From: Camelus dromedarius
Taxonomy: Eukaryota
Direction of reading: 5' to 3'
Assembly: GCF_036321535.1 (NCBI RefSeq)
Contig: NC_087437.1
Location: 69,876,001 to 69,940,000, forward strand
Length of the DNA stretch: 64,000 bases
Both the position numbers and the translations under genes were made by a program. This document shows, piece after piece, positions 1 through 12,634 of this stretch; positions within the stretch are counted from its first letter, which is position 1, and each line of letters starts with the position of its first letter. The notes beneath the pieces are model-generated. The model was not told the DNA's origin and did no database searches. It saw only the letters and a program-made list of their open reading frames with translations.

Positions 1-279
1 AGCTAATTATATCTCTGAGTTCCAATGTCCAAGAATCGATGTATATTATCCCTAAAGGCCATTGAGAGCACAGGGTGTACAAAATTTAAATCAGTGACAT
101 TGATATCTCATTTCTCAGTTAACTGACTGTATGTTCATTAAACCTCAGACATGTATATACACACACACACTACCCAAGATTCAGAAACTAGTCCTTGAGG
201 ATTTCCTACCTAAAGATATCTTGACATATGATTCACTCACCACTGACACAGCAGCATCATCATCACCAACATCAGTAAC

Positions 280-345
280 AAGCAATAGCTAACACTGAGT
301 CCTCACCACATGCCAGGTACAGATCTAGGTACTGTACATACATTA
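280..345 (-). mobile_element. MIR SINE fragment
   Basis: aatagctaacactgag...atgccaggtac...tacatacatta resembles the reverse-complement MIR 3' end. Confidence 0.6.
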
Positions 346-619
346 AAAATCCTTTGGAGTTGTATTCTTTAAGTCTTAATACCTATCAATGTTCTCTTAT
401 TCATAAAACTCACCCTCCAGGCCTCCAAGTCAGATTAGATAGTCACAGCTACATGAGAAGAAACACTGGTGTATTCCTACAGTGAAAACATCCCTGAACA
501 ATTAGGAAAACACACCTGAGAGTAATAAAATTATCCAGGAGCACATCCTAGAATACATACTTTTAAATAGACACAGGTATCTTTACCGCACTATACTGTG
601 AGCTGCCGTAGGGTAGAGA

Positions 620-720
620 GTCTTTCTTTTTAAAAGAAAATTATTCCTATATTTTCAGTACTCTGCATAATTTCTGGCTCAGTAGATGATTAATAAATGT
701 TTATTGAATGAATAAATGAC
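620..720 (+). mobile_element. L2 3' end fragment
   Basis: Ends with taataaatgtttattgaatgaataaatga, a typical L2 tail. Confidence 0.6.
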
Positions 721-842
721 TTCCATATACCATTTGAGGAAAATATTTTCTCCCAATATTAGTCCTGATGACAAAGAGAATTGAAAAATAAGATAAATGA
801 GTCAAAAAGTGGAAAACACAAAAACTTCTAGTCTTCATTTGA

Positions 843-997
843 TGGCTATTCTTGGAGTATGATGGGATTATTGGCAGCTTGAAATTTATGGCAGCCTGAC
901 ATTGTGGTGTCTCTGGGTATGTATCAATTGAGAAGTCCAGAACCTTCATGGGAAAATGGTTTTCTACTCCTTAAAGGGTTCTGTTGAGAAAAGAACC
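843..997 (+). repeat. Local direct duplication, copy 1 (155 bp)
   Basis: Aligns without gaps to 2375-2529 with 12 mismatches by manual count. Confidence 0.95.
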
Positions 998-1189
998 CTG
1001 TCCACTGATGAACCACATAAATGCTGACTTCACAAATTTAGAATATTTAGGGATATGCATGTCCAGAGTACAGGGATATGGACCCCTCTGAAAGAAGTAG
1101 CAGTGATACAGGAAGGAAGTCCAGCTCAGCCCTTTCTGAGCTGAATGACCTTCACTTTCCACCATCTACACCATGATAGATTGCACATA

Positions 1190-1385
1190 GGTCAGTGCTT
1201 CCTAAACTCTGCTCCCTGGGCTTCCTTAGTGGGGCATCAGGGGAGAGAAGGGGGGGCTGACAAGACAGAAGTCTGGGCCACCGAACTCTGCTCTAGCCAA
1301 ACAGAGCCTCTTATCTATCTTATGTATTTGGATTCTGAGAATTATCTGTGACCAAAAGTTCTGTGGCTAAAAAGAAGTCAAGAAA
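1190..1385. mobile_element. Old hAT-Charlie MITE relic (MER103-like)
   Basis: cagtgcttcctaaact...aaaagttctgtggctaaaaagaagtcaagaaaa resembles recalled MER103-type ends. Confidence 0.4.
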
Positions 1386-1559
1386 AAAAAAATAAAAGCT
1401 AGATAATCTCTAAGATACCTTTAGCTCTACTAATCAATGATAATTATTACCATCAGGCATACAGTGAAAGAGGATGACAGCTTTTCCCTGGGAGATTAAA
1501 TAAGAAGGCAGTTAGTAGTAAGCATTGTACACGGGTTTGTGAAATCTAAAACAGTGGAC

Positions 1560-1719
1560 GGGAGGGAGGATATACCTCTGTGGTTGAGTGAGTGCTTAGA
1601 ATAAATACACAAGGTCCTGGGTTTAATCCCCAGTACCTCTGTTAAAAATAAATAGATAGGTAAACAAACCTAATTATCCCCTCAAAAAAGAAATAAAAAT
1701 TAAAATAAATAAATAAAAA
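1560..1719 (+). mobile_element. tRNA-derived camelid SINE (Vic-1-like)
   Basis: Head gggagggaggatatacctctgtggttgagtg, box B-like aggtcctgggtttaatccccagtacctc and an A-rich tail. TSD-like taaaacagtggac (1547-1559) and taaaatagtggac (1720-1732). Confidence 0.85.
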
Positions 1720-1732
1720 TAAAATAGTGGAC

Positions 1733-1821
1733 ACAACATTGTAAACTGACTATACATCAATCAAAAGAAAAAAAAACCTTAAAAACAAAACAAAGAAACA
1801 CTACAAATAACAAAAATAAAA
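1733..1821 (+). mobile_element. Extremely 5'-truncated L1 3' end with A-rich tail
   Basis: acaacattgtaaactgactatacatcaat followed by an A-rich tail, then taaaacagcgga (1822-1833). Confidence 0.7.
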
Positions 1822-2374
1822 TAAAACAGCGGAGAACCCAGTGCTGAAAGTTAAGCAGTGCCTGGGGAAACAGGAAAGGATAATAGGTAGAAAACATATA
1901 TAAATATGCCCTCTCTCCTTTCTTTCTCTCTATGTGTGTATACATATATATGTGCAACATATACACACACACAAAAATGATATGGGGGAAGAGGAATCAC
2001 TAAGGAGGTGACTACAGTGACTGCAGTATGGATACAGATGGAGAATGAGGAAATGTCTGGAATGATTCTATAAAAGAGTTGATTTTTCGGCAGAATTTTT
2101 GGAGGCAGAACATAGTTTGGCAGATGGAGGAAAGAAAACATTCAGGTGGAGAAGACAGCAGCACTTAATGTTAGTTCAGAGGTAATAAAAACGTATATTT
2201 AGTGAGTGCCTGGTAGATTTTGTTATCCCCTAGTCTAAGTAGTCTGTTCTCTAATCTGTTTGTACCAACTTAGGTCTAACCTATTGACCCTGTACTGGAA
2301 TCCTAAGAAAGCTCCCTCCTTAGTTCCAGAGAATTTGGCTCAAATTTCGTTTAATCTGAACAACCCAGATTTGT

Positions 2375-2529
2375 TGGCTATTCTTGGAGTATGATGGGAT
2401 TATTGGCAGCTTTAAATTTATGGTGGCCTGACACTGCGGTGTCTCTGAGTATGTATCAATTGAGAAGTCAAGAACTTTCATGGGAAAATGGTTTTCCACT
2501 CTTTAAAGGGTTCTGTGGAGAAAATAACC
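2375..2529 (+). repeat. Local direct duplication, copy 2 (155 bp)
   Basis: Aligns without gaps to 843-997 at an offset of 1532 bp. Confidence 0.95.
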
Positions 2530-3929
2530 TATGGAAAAGTCTGTGGAAAGTGGAAACAAAAGAATGTATGGCTAGATCAGTGGGATGAAAAATGAATTCT
2601 CTTTCTGAAATGGCTCCAAGAGTTCCTCCCATGTCTGCTGGGTCTTTCAGAGTTCTGCCATATCCCATCAATCCAACCTCTCCAATGTCAAATACTTGCT
2701 TCTCTCATCTACTTTCTCAGCAACCTAAACTCCTCATGTATCTTCTCCACCTCCCACATAATTACCGAAATAAAAAATGTACAACTGAGAAAAGTGACTC
2801 ATTTTTTTTCAGCTGAAGTCTGCTTCAGCTTGCCTTCCTTATGCTCATCCATTCCCTAAACAGGAAAATTATATTCTTTTGGTGCTTCTTAAATTTGATT
2901 TTGGAGTGAGCATTACCCCAACCTATAAATGAGATGTTTCCAAAGTTTGCCTTGCAAGTTAGCAGCTTGAAACTTAGAATATCATTTCCTGAAGAAATAA
3001 ATCTACAGGAGTGTTTAAGTCTCCATCCAAACCAAAAAAGTATTTTCAATCTCTATGTTATATAGCTTTAGTTCAGAGGGACCCAGCTGCCTAGTGATCA
3101 TGAACCATTCTTCTCCTTTCTTTATTCTCATACGTATTCTTGAAAAGGAAATAGACTACACTGAAGAACGTATCTTCCTTTTTGGCTCCACTCCCCAGAA
3201 GGAATCCTACTTTTGTGTGTAACAGACATATGGTAGGTGTTGTTAAGTCAATGATTACCTGGCCATTTGTTTCTTTATTCCCCTGTAGGAAAATCTTTCC
3301 TTTTGTTTATCAGTTTGGGGATACATACAACAACATCAGACAGATGGATACTTCCACAGCACATATACAGGCACCAGAAAACAACAACAACTAAACATCA
3401 TAGTGCATATTTTTTCAAACTAGAAATTAAAGAACTTAAAAGGAGTGAGTGTGTACATGCAGTCGTTACCATTAACAAAGAGGAAGTATATGAACTTGAC
3501 CATGTCTCCTGTGAGATGGGTTTCAGAAGGCACCAGTTTTAGATATTATGAAAAGACTGAACATTTAGCACCAAGCTTGGAAGGCATATTAATGGGTTAA
3601 AAAGGCTATAGCGATAATATTTTAAGCTGCTGTCATCCTTAGCCCAGATCATAAGTTTATAGTGTCAAGTATGGCTATCTTTCTGTCTGTGTTGAAGAAT
3701 CTCTCTACAAAATGGGGACAGTTATTTGCTGAAGCAACAAGCTGGTACCACGTGGGTGAAATCCAGGTCTGTGCGGTTTCAGCTCTGTGCGTGAGAGATC
3801 TATCAGGTGCCTAACTATAAAGTGTGCCAGAGTGGGCAGGCCCCATGATTAATTGGTGGGAATTGGGCAACCTTTGCTTTAGACTTAACCAAATTTTGCC
3901 ATCACGTACTACTCATTAGACACTGATAC

Positions 3930-5560
3930 TTGTTCATTTGTGTGGGCTTCATTTATGCAACTTCTATTTAATGGGAGCCTATTATATGCAAAACATTGAA
4001 CTAGGGCTATATACATGAGACAATAAATAAAATATGATTTCTACCCTAAAGGAGCTTATAATATAGCAAAAGAGACAGACATGTAAATGAGTACTTATAA
4101 TAAAGTCTGTTGTATGTTGTAGTATAGACAGGCACTAGATACAATGATGGCACAAAGGGAATATGAACATATGTGCCTGGAGGATCAGGAAGTCTCCACA
4201 AAGAAAAATACAACTCTAGCCATACTGTGGAAATAAGTTAGAAATGTATTATGTGGAAAAGATGGGAAAAGAAGACATTCCAGGCAAAAGGAATAGTGTT
4301 TAGAAAGGGGGAAAGGATGAAATAACATGAGTTACTGCACAGTTGCATTGGAGTGTGGGATGTGACGAGCAGTATATTTTCAAGTTTGAAGAGATAAGCA
4401 GGGACCAGAAAATTAACAAGTGAATTTTTAAAAAAATCAGACTGAGAGCTATCCTTAAAGAAAATAAAGGAAGTGAAGTAATGTGTTAGAAAGTGACCTG
4501 GACCCCATTTAAATGGATTTGTCCCAGAAGCCTCTTAAGTAAAGAGTCAGAGAAAGAGCACTCTGGGTAGAGAGAGTAACACATGCAAAGGTTTTGAAGA
4601 GGCAATGTGCCTGGTGTGTTTTAAAAACTAAAAGGAGGCCAGTAGACTTGGTGAGCAGGAGGGGTATGGTTATGAGAAGAATTCAGAGAAGGAGGCAAGT
4701 CCTGGATCAAGTAGAATATTATAGGCCTTGGTAATAATGAGTTTGGTTTTGGTCCTATATGGAATAGGACACTATCAAAGGTTTTTAAATGGTGGAAACA
4801 CATGATGGGATAGATACTTTTTAAAAGATCACTCTTTTTCCTGAGAGGATAATGATCGTAAGGGGTTGAGGGTAAAAGAAAGCAGATTAGAAGGAAAAGC
4901 TATTGTGTTAGTCTCCATGAGAGACAACTGGGTTAGAGACAATAGTGGAGATGAAGAAAAGGGAAGAGAGACAAGGCGTATTTTTGAGGTAGAGAGGGCT
5001 GGCAAAGAATGAAAGGATGTTTTGTTTTTTACTTATAGAAACTAGAAAAAGTAGTAGCATCTAATGATAAAAGGAAGACTGGGGAAATGAATCAGGGTTC
5101 CATTTCCATTTAGATGACTAGATGAGAAGGGAAAAAAAGATTTGGGAACAAGAGATGAAGCTTTATTTTTAGGACATGTTGAGATTGGGCTCCTGTGGGT
5201 CATCAGAACAAGATTTCTGATGGACAGTGAGGTATACAGAGCCCAGGAAGAAGATTTGGCTAGAGAGCTAGGAGAGTTTGAAACCCATTAGTCAGGTAGG
5301 AATTGTGGGTACAGATTACTTTTGGAGCTTCTGTTGAGCAAGAACATGCAAGAATAAGGACAAAAGCCTGGGTAACATCTACTTTTCAGAGGTTCGCAGA
5401 GAAAGGGGAGCCAAGTTGGGGGTGGACGTGGGGCAGAAAGGATGTGAAACCAAAGATAAAGAAGGGAAAACCCAGCAGAAATGGGTGTTACAAAAGCCAA
5501 GGAAGTAAAGAGAAGGCATGTATCATGGTTTCAAATGTCCCAGAGAGGTCATGCACAGCT
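3930..5560 (-). mobile_element. L2 LINE remnants
   Basis: A reverse L2 tail near 3930-4010 is followed by purine-rich L2 body motifs (ttttaaaagatcactct, ttttaggacatgttgag). Confidence 0.7.
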
Positions 5561-7184
5561 CCACTTGCCTTTCTGAGAGTTTACAGAGCCTTCTATTTGT
5601 CTTGAGCACTCCCTCAAAAACAATCAATATGTGTTTCTGGAGCCAGCACTGAACTCGGTATCTTACCTTCAAAGAGTTTGGAAACAAGTTTGGGAAAATC
5701 AGGTACATACAAATACAAATGGATAACCAAGTAGTGTTCTGTTTAATGAATGATGAAGAAACAGGACAGGCAGTATATGCTACTGAAGATCTAAGCGGGT
5801 AAGAAGTCACGGAGAACTGTGGTCATCAAGAAAGCCTTCACAAATGAGATAACTCTTGACTCAGCCTTCAGAGGTTGGGTGAAACTGAACTAGAGGCAAA
5901 AAGGGGACTTTCCAAGTAGCGGAAATGACAATAAACAAAAGTACAGGGAAACTAATCCTTAAATTCATACTAAGTCTGGCTGAGATAAAATGCCAAAGTG
6001 GAGGAGGAGCTTTGCTATAGAACATGTTATTTTAGAAGTTGGAAAGCCTTAGAGACAAATTAGTTCACCACTCTTATTTTATATGGAGGAAATGATAACC
6101 CAGAGAGATTACATTTCATAAGCTTAGTCAAGGGCAGAGCCAGGAGGAAGTAAGGCAAGAATAGGAGATTGGTACCAGATTCTAAGAAGCCTTGAAAAAC
6201 AATCATAAATAAATACAAATTAGAATTAACCTTCTAAAAAAAGAGAAATCATTGCAATTCAGAGGAAAAGGGGAGTGAAAAGTAAGATTAACCACCAGGC
6301 AGTGTACAAAAGTAATGCCAAAAGCGAGGAATTTTGGTGACTATCCAGCCTTTCTCTTTGGAGGCTTCTCATTTGAACCACAGAACATATATAAAAATGA
6401 TTTGAGTGTTTTCTTCATTCCGCCAAGGATGGTACACAACTAGTACTGGTCTAGATGCATGGGAAAGAGGTTAATTCATTGAGTACATTTATGGGCTTCA
6501 GGGCCTTAGGGTATTAGGGCTTGGTTCTCTGCTAGAATGCTGGTTGAGGAAGGCTGGCAGAAGAGGGAAAAGACAGATGTAAAAGACATTGCAAATAGAA
6601 TTTGGTAACTGATAGTACGGCCTTAATGATGGAGGAAAGAGTAGTTATTTCCATATTATGAGCTGGATAATCTGGAATGGCTGGTATCTCTAAAAAGATA
6701 TTGTCAGGGAGGTCTAATCTACGGAGAAGATAATTAACTTAAAAGGTACACTTTCTAAGGTTAACAACAAAAAATAAAAGGAAAAATAATAATGTTTTAA
6801 TATCTAAAAATCTTGGATTATGGGAAATTTTATTTTTCTATTGGTTTCCTGTGGTTCTTATAGTCTGGTTCTTAATGAATGGAGTTTTACAATACACCCA
6901 TGTTCAGTAAAAGCAACAATTATGATAAGATATACTTAATAAAATAAACTTCAGTTTGTACATGAGCCAATCCGTTTCCAATGACACTAGAATGAGAATA
7001 TTGGGGAATTACAGAGCCTATAGGAAAACCCAAAATTACCGAAAGATACATCGTCTTTTTTTAGCCAAGAATCAAGTTTCTTTTTAATTAAGTAAGGATA
7101 AAAAATGAATTCGGCCCTAAGTATGCTTAAGTATACTAGTGCCCAAACTTCTTGGATTCTTTTCTCAATATTTTTGTTCTTGGG

Positions 7185-7365
7185 CTTACTGTATCTTCCA
7201 TACGATGTTCAGAAGTGAAGTCTGAACTATCTGTGGTCATTAATGCTCCCCTGACAGTTTTCACTAGAGGGTAATGGCCCAATTCCAAACAGTAATTCTA
7301 TTTTATAACTCTTCCTCCCTTTTCAAGGATAGTAATCTCCATTTCCTCTTCTATATTGGTTTCAC
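7185..7365 (+). mobile_element. AmnSINE1-like (DeuSINE) ancient SINE fragment
   Basis: tgtggtcattaatgctcccctgacagttttcactagag...tggcccaattccaa..gtaatt...tttcaaggatagtaatctccatttcct is colinear with the recalled core tgtggtcattaaagatcccatggcacttttcgtaagag...tggccaaattccaa..ggtaatt...tttcaattggatacggtattcttcacttcct. Confidence 0.65.
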
Positions 7366-9199
7366 TCCACTGGTGTAAAGTATGCAGTTCAAGATGGAAG
7401 AAAGTATGCAAGAAACTAGATCTTGTTGACGTTTTCTATACAGCTCTCCAGTCAACTGTCCATCAGTATGGAGGACAAATCTGGATATTACCAAAAGCTA
7501 TCACTCTGTGTTCTCAATCAAAGGCAATCAAAGCCATGAGGAACACTGAATTTAAATTAGCGTGAAAGATTTATTCAGATGAATACTAAATACCAACCTG
7601 ATTTCTCCAGGGTAGATTTCCAAGGTGATAAACAGAATCACCTCCTCTTTCATTGGAGTAAATAAGTCCTTAAGATGCAATGGTTAAGGGAAGATTGCAA
7701 ATGGTACCTAATCTTCAAAAAAAAAAAAAAAAAAAAAACCAACCAACAAACAAACAAAAAAAACTACATTTGAATAAATCAACCCCCTAGGTCAGATCTA
7801 ACTAAGTAAGAGCCAATATTTTTTAAGTGAGATAATATTCTTCCCTTCCTTTAGAAAATCTTAGAAATTTTTAGAAATATTAATCCAAAAAAACATTGGA
7901 AGAAAAATTCTCCAAATGCCTAATGGTGAAAATGAAATGGGGGACATTTGCAATGGATTACTTATAATGTCTCACTATTCCTTTACATCTCTCAAATAAA
8001 ACATTACTTTTTTTTATATATATTTAAAGAAATGGGACTTTGAAATGCAATGTTTGCCCTAAACAGCCTCAACACTTATTTCCTTCCCTCATTAGAACCC
8101 TGTAAGAGTCTGATAGCCAAAGTGGGCTGCCCTCGATACAGTATGTGTCTAGAAATCCAATTGCAAGTTAATTATTTAGAAGCCAGTAATTTCTCTTTAA
8201 AGAAATTCTGCCTTGATTTTCCCCCCTCTTCGGTAAATAAGGGAGACAATTGCCTCCACTGGGGTTTGAGTAGAACTGTGGAATGCATCTTTTGGAATAG
8301 CTGTTGAGGATCTAGTTTGGCAATTAAGAGGAACTTTTACTTCTCAGTTTTTATTCCAAACTGGTAAATTGGTTTCTGAACCAAAAAGCAAGTAAGAGTG
8401 GGAAGAGGATTTGCATTTTAACAGCCCCTAGTCTAGGCTAGTTCCTAGGCTAGTCATGCTGACCAAGAGGTTCTGAAACCATTTGGAAAAGCAGCTAATT
8501 TCTGACTTTGCTTAACTTTTGGAGATCATTTCGTTTATTTTTTTCTTGCCTCATCTAGCTCTTTTATGTAGTCATTAATGGGAAGACATTAGGATCTTTC
8601 AAATTTTCACTTAAAAATAACACTGAATAGTTTTTGGAATTGGGATTACAAATAGTGGATGTAAAGCTAATTACCAAAAGCCTACATTTAGAGCAAACTG
8701 GTGTATATGGAGCCAACAGCTCAATATTTTAGAAAGTGCCAATTTCCTAAAAATAGATAAATATGATGATTACTGCTGGAATTAATTCAAGGACATTCAA
8801 AATGAGATGACTAATATCAAGGAATAGCATTTCTCTGATATAAATCCAAGGGAGATGTTTTACACCCATTATTGCCCAATCCTGTAGCAGAAATGAATCC
8901 CACAAACCAAAATAAGAAAAGTCAGATCAAAGCTATGCCACATAAAAATAGCAAGAATATATGGTAGCTGATATTCCTCTTAGCCAGGTGGTACCCGGCA
9001 GAGTTCAGCTTCTGGAAAACAGGGAACATCCAGTGCCCGTCAACTCTAGGTGTGGAGATTTGCCCCAACTTTCTTTTTTAGATACAAAAGCTCATGAGAT
9101 CAGTGTGGTTAAGTTTCCTTTAAGAATCACCAGTGATGATAACCTTACCAATAATAAGAATATGCAATACAGGCCAAAATGAAAACTGTCAAAGGGAAA

Positions 9200-9765
9200 A
9201 TAGTGGTCTACCACATCTGAGGTCAGTCCCTCCTAATCTGGTGAGCTACCCTATTGTGGACATACAAGTATATATGTAGGAGACTCTCAGCCAATTTATT
9301 CTCACTAAATTGCAGGTGTGGGTTTCAAAACATTGTCTAAACCATGTGACCTGGTCCCTCCTCCAGACAGAGATGATTGTTCTGTTGGTAACTAGCTGAC
9401 TCAAGAAGGACCAATCAGATTCATTTACTCTCATTCTTTCTCTCATATTGTCTTTCTCTCACTCTCTCACTGTGTGTGTGTATATATACAGAGATATAGT
9501 TCTATCTCTCAGCTAGAATTTTTAATTGAGAGGCAGAGAAGCTGGGGTTATTAGTAACTGAGTCTTTTAAATGCAGGGCTCCAGAAAGAAAGTTTATGAA
9601 TTCCTTAAGTTGAAGTTCCCAGATCTACTCTGATTCCCATAAGCTTGGCTGTTTAACTTCTTAATTTCATGTGACATTTAGCTTCCTTTCAATAGATCCC
9701 TTTTACAGACCCTTAAAGGTGGTGTCTGTTACTTGTACCCAATCAAAGGACACATAAGTAATACA
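9200..9765 (+). mobile_element. Old ERVL/MaLR-type LTR remnant
   Basis: The 3' end tcaatagatccctttt...tctgttacttgtacccaa...taataca resembles LTR16/MLT1-class termini. The left boundary is uncertain. Confidence 0.45.
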
Positions 9766-9769
9766 AGTA

Positions 9770-9850
9770 AGTGTGTGTGATTGTGTGTGTGTATGTGTGT
9801 GTGGAGAGAGACACACTCAGAGAGAGACAGAGAGAGACAGAGACAGGGAG
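9770..9850. repeat. Compound (GT)n/(GA)n microsatellite
   Basis: Visible gtgtgtgt and gagagagaca runs. Confidence 0.85.
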
Positions 9851-10959
9851 AGGTAGCTAGAGTGAAAGATTAAAAGTGATCATTAACCAACCGTAGGTAA
9901 AATTTAAAAAATAATTGCTTCCCTCTGGATGACCAGCTTTTCCCCAAGTTTCCAGTTAATGTATCTTTCTATCAAACTCTATTTAAGCCCCCTTTGTAAA
10001 AGTATTTTTCAAAATATCCACGATACTAATTTTTCTATGTTAGATTTTTGGCTTCTAGGAAAAACAAATCTCTTGGAAAAACGATCCAATTATTATACTT
10101 AAAAATATTTTCGAATAGTATCCGTAAATAAAGAAATCAGATTCTTTGGGTTGCAAAAGTTTATTGCTTGTATGAGAATTTGATAAAATTTGTATTATTA
10201 AATTGATAACTTATCCCAATTAACTAATGACACAGGAGAACTGAAATGTCCTTTGTAGAGATCTTGAGAGTTTAAATTATATCTGGCATCAGCTGAGTTG
10301 GAAAAGGTTCAGGGGTTTATACCACTTCTGATCAAGGTTAGTTCCTGATGCACTGAGGAACCCCGAGGTTGCATGGAAACGGTGCTTAAGTGGTCATTGA
10401 ACTGTGCTTTCCCCAACCAAACTTCATCCCCATTTTTAGTCTCTCAATCAAGGTGCATTCCCTCTCTACTCTTCTGCATGACTGGGCCCTCATGTGATGG
10501 ATGTGAGCACAGCATGCCTGATAATCTTAGTGCTGAGAACCCAGTGTGGAAGTGAGGTGGGGGTGGGGATGGAGATGAGGGAGAAACAGCCAATTTAGCA
10601 AATGGAGAAGAGAAATCACAATGTGAAGAAAAGACTAAAACAGAAAAAGATAACAAAGGAAAATAGTGGATATTTCTAATCCCTTTGAACTGATCCTTGG
10701 GGTCTCATGACAATTTTGAATATTTGCTTATTTAAATTCTGTCATTGAAGTTTTCAAAGGAAGTGATAAAGATATGCTATGTTTCCATCCATTAGCAAGA
10801 TTAATATTTACTGTATAGAGAATAGGAGAGGAAGGGTGGGAAGGGAAATGTACATATATTCTACAGAGAGCAGGGGTAATTTTTTGTAGAGAATCAGGGA
10901 TACTTTTAAGTTTCAATATGTGGAATTCCTCAAGCAACAACACTTTACACTTGAAAAAC

Positions 10960-11175
10960 ACATTGTTTGCAAAATGCTTTTATTTTTGTCACTTTATTTG
11001 AGCCTCACACCAACACAATAGAAAAGGCAAGCCTGAATTTGGAGTATTTTTATGCACCCACTTACATAGATGAATAAACTGAGGCTCAGGAAGCTTATGT
11101 TACTTACCCAAGATCACACGACAAGCAATTGGCAGAGCCAGGTCTAGAACCCAGGGAAGGGTTTATTCCACTACA
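10960..11175 (-). mobile_element. MIR SINE
   Basis: tacatagatgaataaactgaggctcagg...ttacccaagatcacac...ggcagagccagg matches the reverse MIR core. Confidence 0.85.
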
Positions 11176-12634
11176 AAGACATGAAACAGGACATTAAACA
11201 AACAACATCTAAAGAAATAAGTTCTGTAAATAATTAAGAACAGGAAATCTGGAGAGACACACTCTCATTTACAACCTGAACTCACTGCAAGTGTGCCACT
11301 CTGTTCTAAGTAGACAGGAGACGAAGTTACAACTTTGGCCACAACCACCTTGAAAGGAGGACCAAGAGCTGAGTGTGCATTTACACAGAGCCAGCTCTCA
11401 ATAGGTACATAGGACATAGGAATGGTCTTCTGTACCAAACCATATCCCTTAATGGTCCATCATAATAATTCCTCCCTTCCTACTTTTATTCTCTCAATAA
11501 ATATTTTTTTATTGAGAGGCTACTATGTACCAGACATAGCTTAATATACCTGCTTTGTCTAAAACACCTATTTAGAAAGTTGGAGTGTATAGACTTTTTC
11601 TTACATTTCTCCTTTATGGCCTGACCCACTTAACATTAGCATGAGCTGGTATTACTTATCAGAAGAACTCCACTTGGACCTGAAAGTAGGAGAAAAAATA
11701 AGAAAACTCAAAGAAAGAGACTGAAAGAGATTGAGAGCAATGAGCAAGATATAAAAGAAGGGTTTGGAGACTGGGAGACACTACTCAACTTCATCTCTAG
11801 ATCATTTTGCCTTACTGTTTTCTCAAGGCCATGCCAACTCAGTCAGAGAAAATGCACTACCGAGAGTCTGGCCAATAGTATTTTCCTATAAAGCTGTGGT
11901 CACAATGTGCCCCACATTGGCCACAATTGGCCTACTTGAGAATCCAAATTCCTTCAACCTATTCAAACCTAAGTAAGATAAACTTGATCTGATTCTCAGT
12001 CATTCACCAGGCACTTGAGGGACTACTTACCATTCAACTTCCTTTTACCTTCATGTAAGATTTCTCTTTTTGAAATATTATTATGTGGATAGTTCAGTGG
12101 GAAGAAAAGAAACCTAAATGAACCTAAAATTAATTCTGAGCATAAGCCCCTGAGCAAAGGCCAAGGCTATGTGTATTTTTTTTGAAGTTTGTGTAATCAA
12201 TGAAATAAATCAAATAAGAGCAGTGAGGGATTAAGTCAGGGCCTGTTTGAAATAGCTGTGGAGCAAAGTAACATGTGTCAGCACTTAGGGCCTAAAAGGA
12301 AGGGCATGAGAAGGTCTAGGATTATGGTAACCACGTGTCTAACCTGGGACTCTGCTAACTTCAGAGTGGGGCTAAGATGCTGGCTCGTGGGGGAGGAGGA
12401 TGTAAAAGGAAGTAGTTTGGAGAAACACAGTATCAACGGGCTCATTTTGCATTTTATGCTCGATTTCATTCAAAACTGATAGCTTTCATATCTCTAGGTC
12501 AACAGCAAGAATCAGTGATGATTAGCTCCACTTCAAAATTTGGTAACAATAGATTAAAAAAAAAAACTCATGGTGGTTCTCTCCATTTAGACATGCTACA
12601 ACTTACGGAAAGACTGTAAACCTAGTTCTATATT

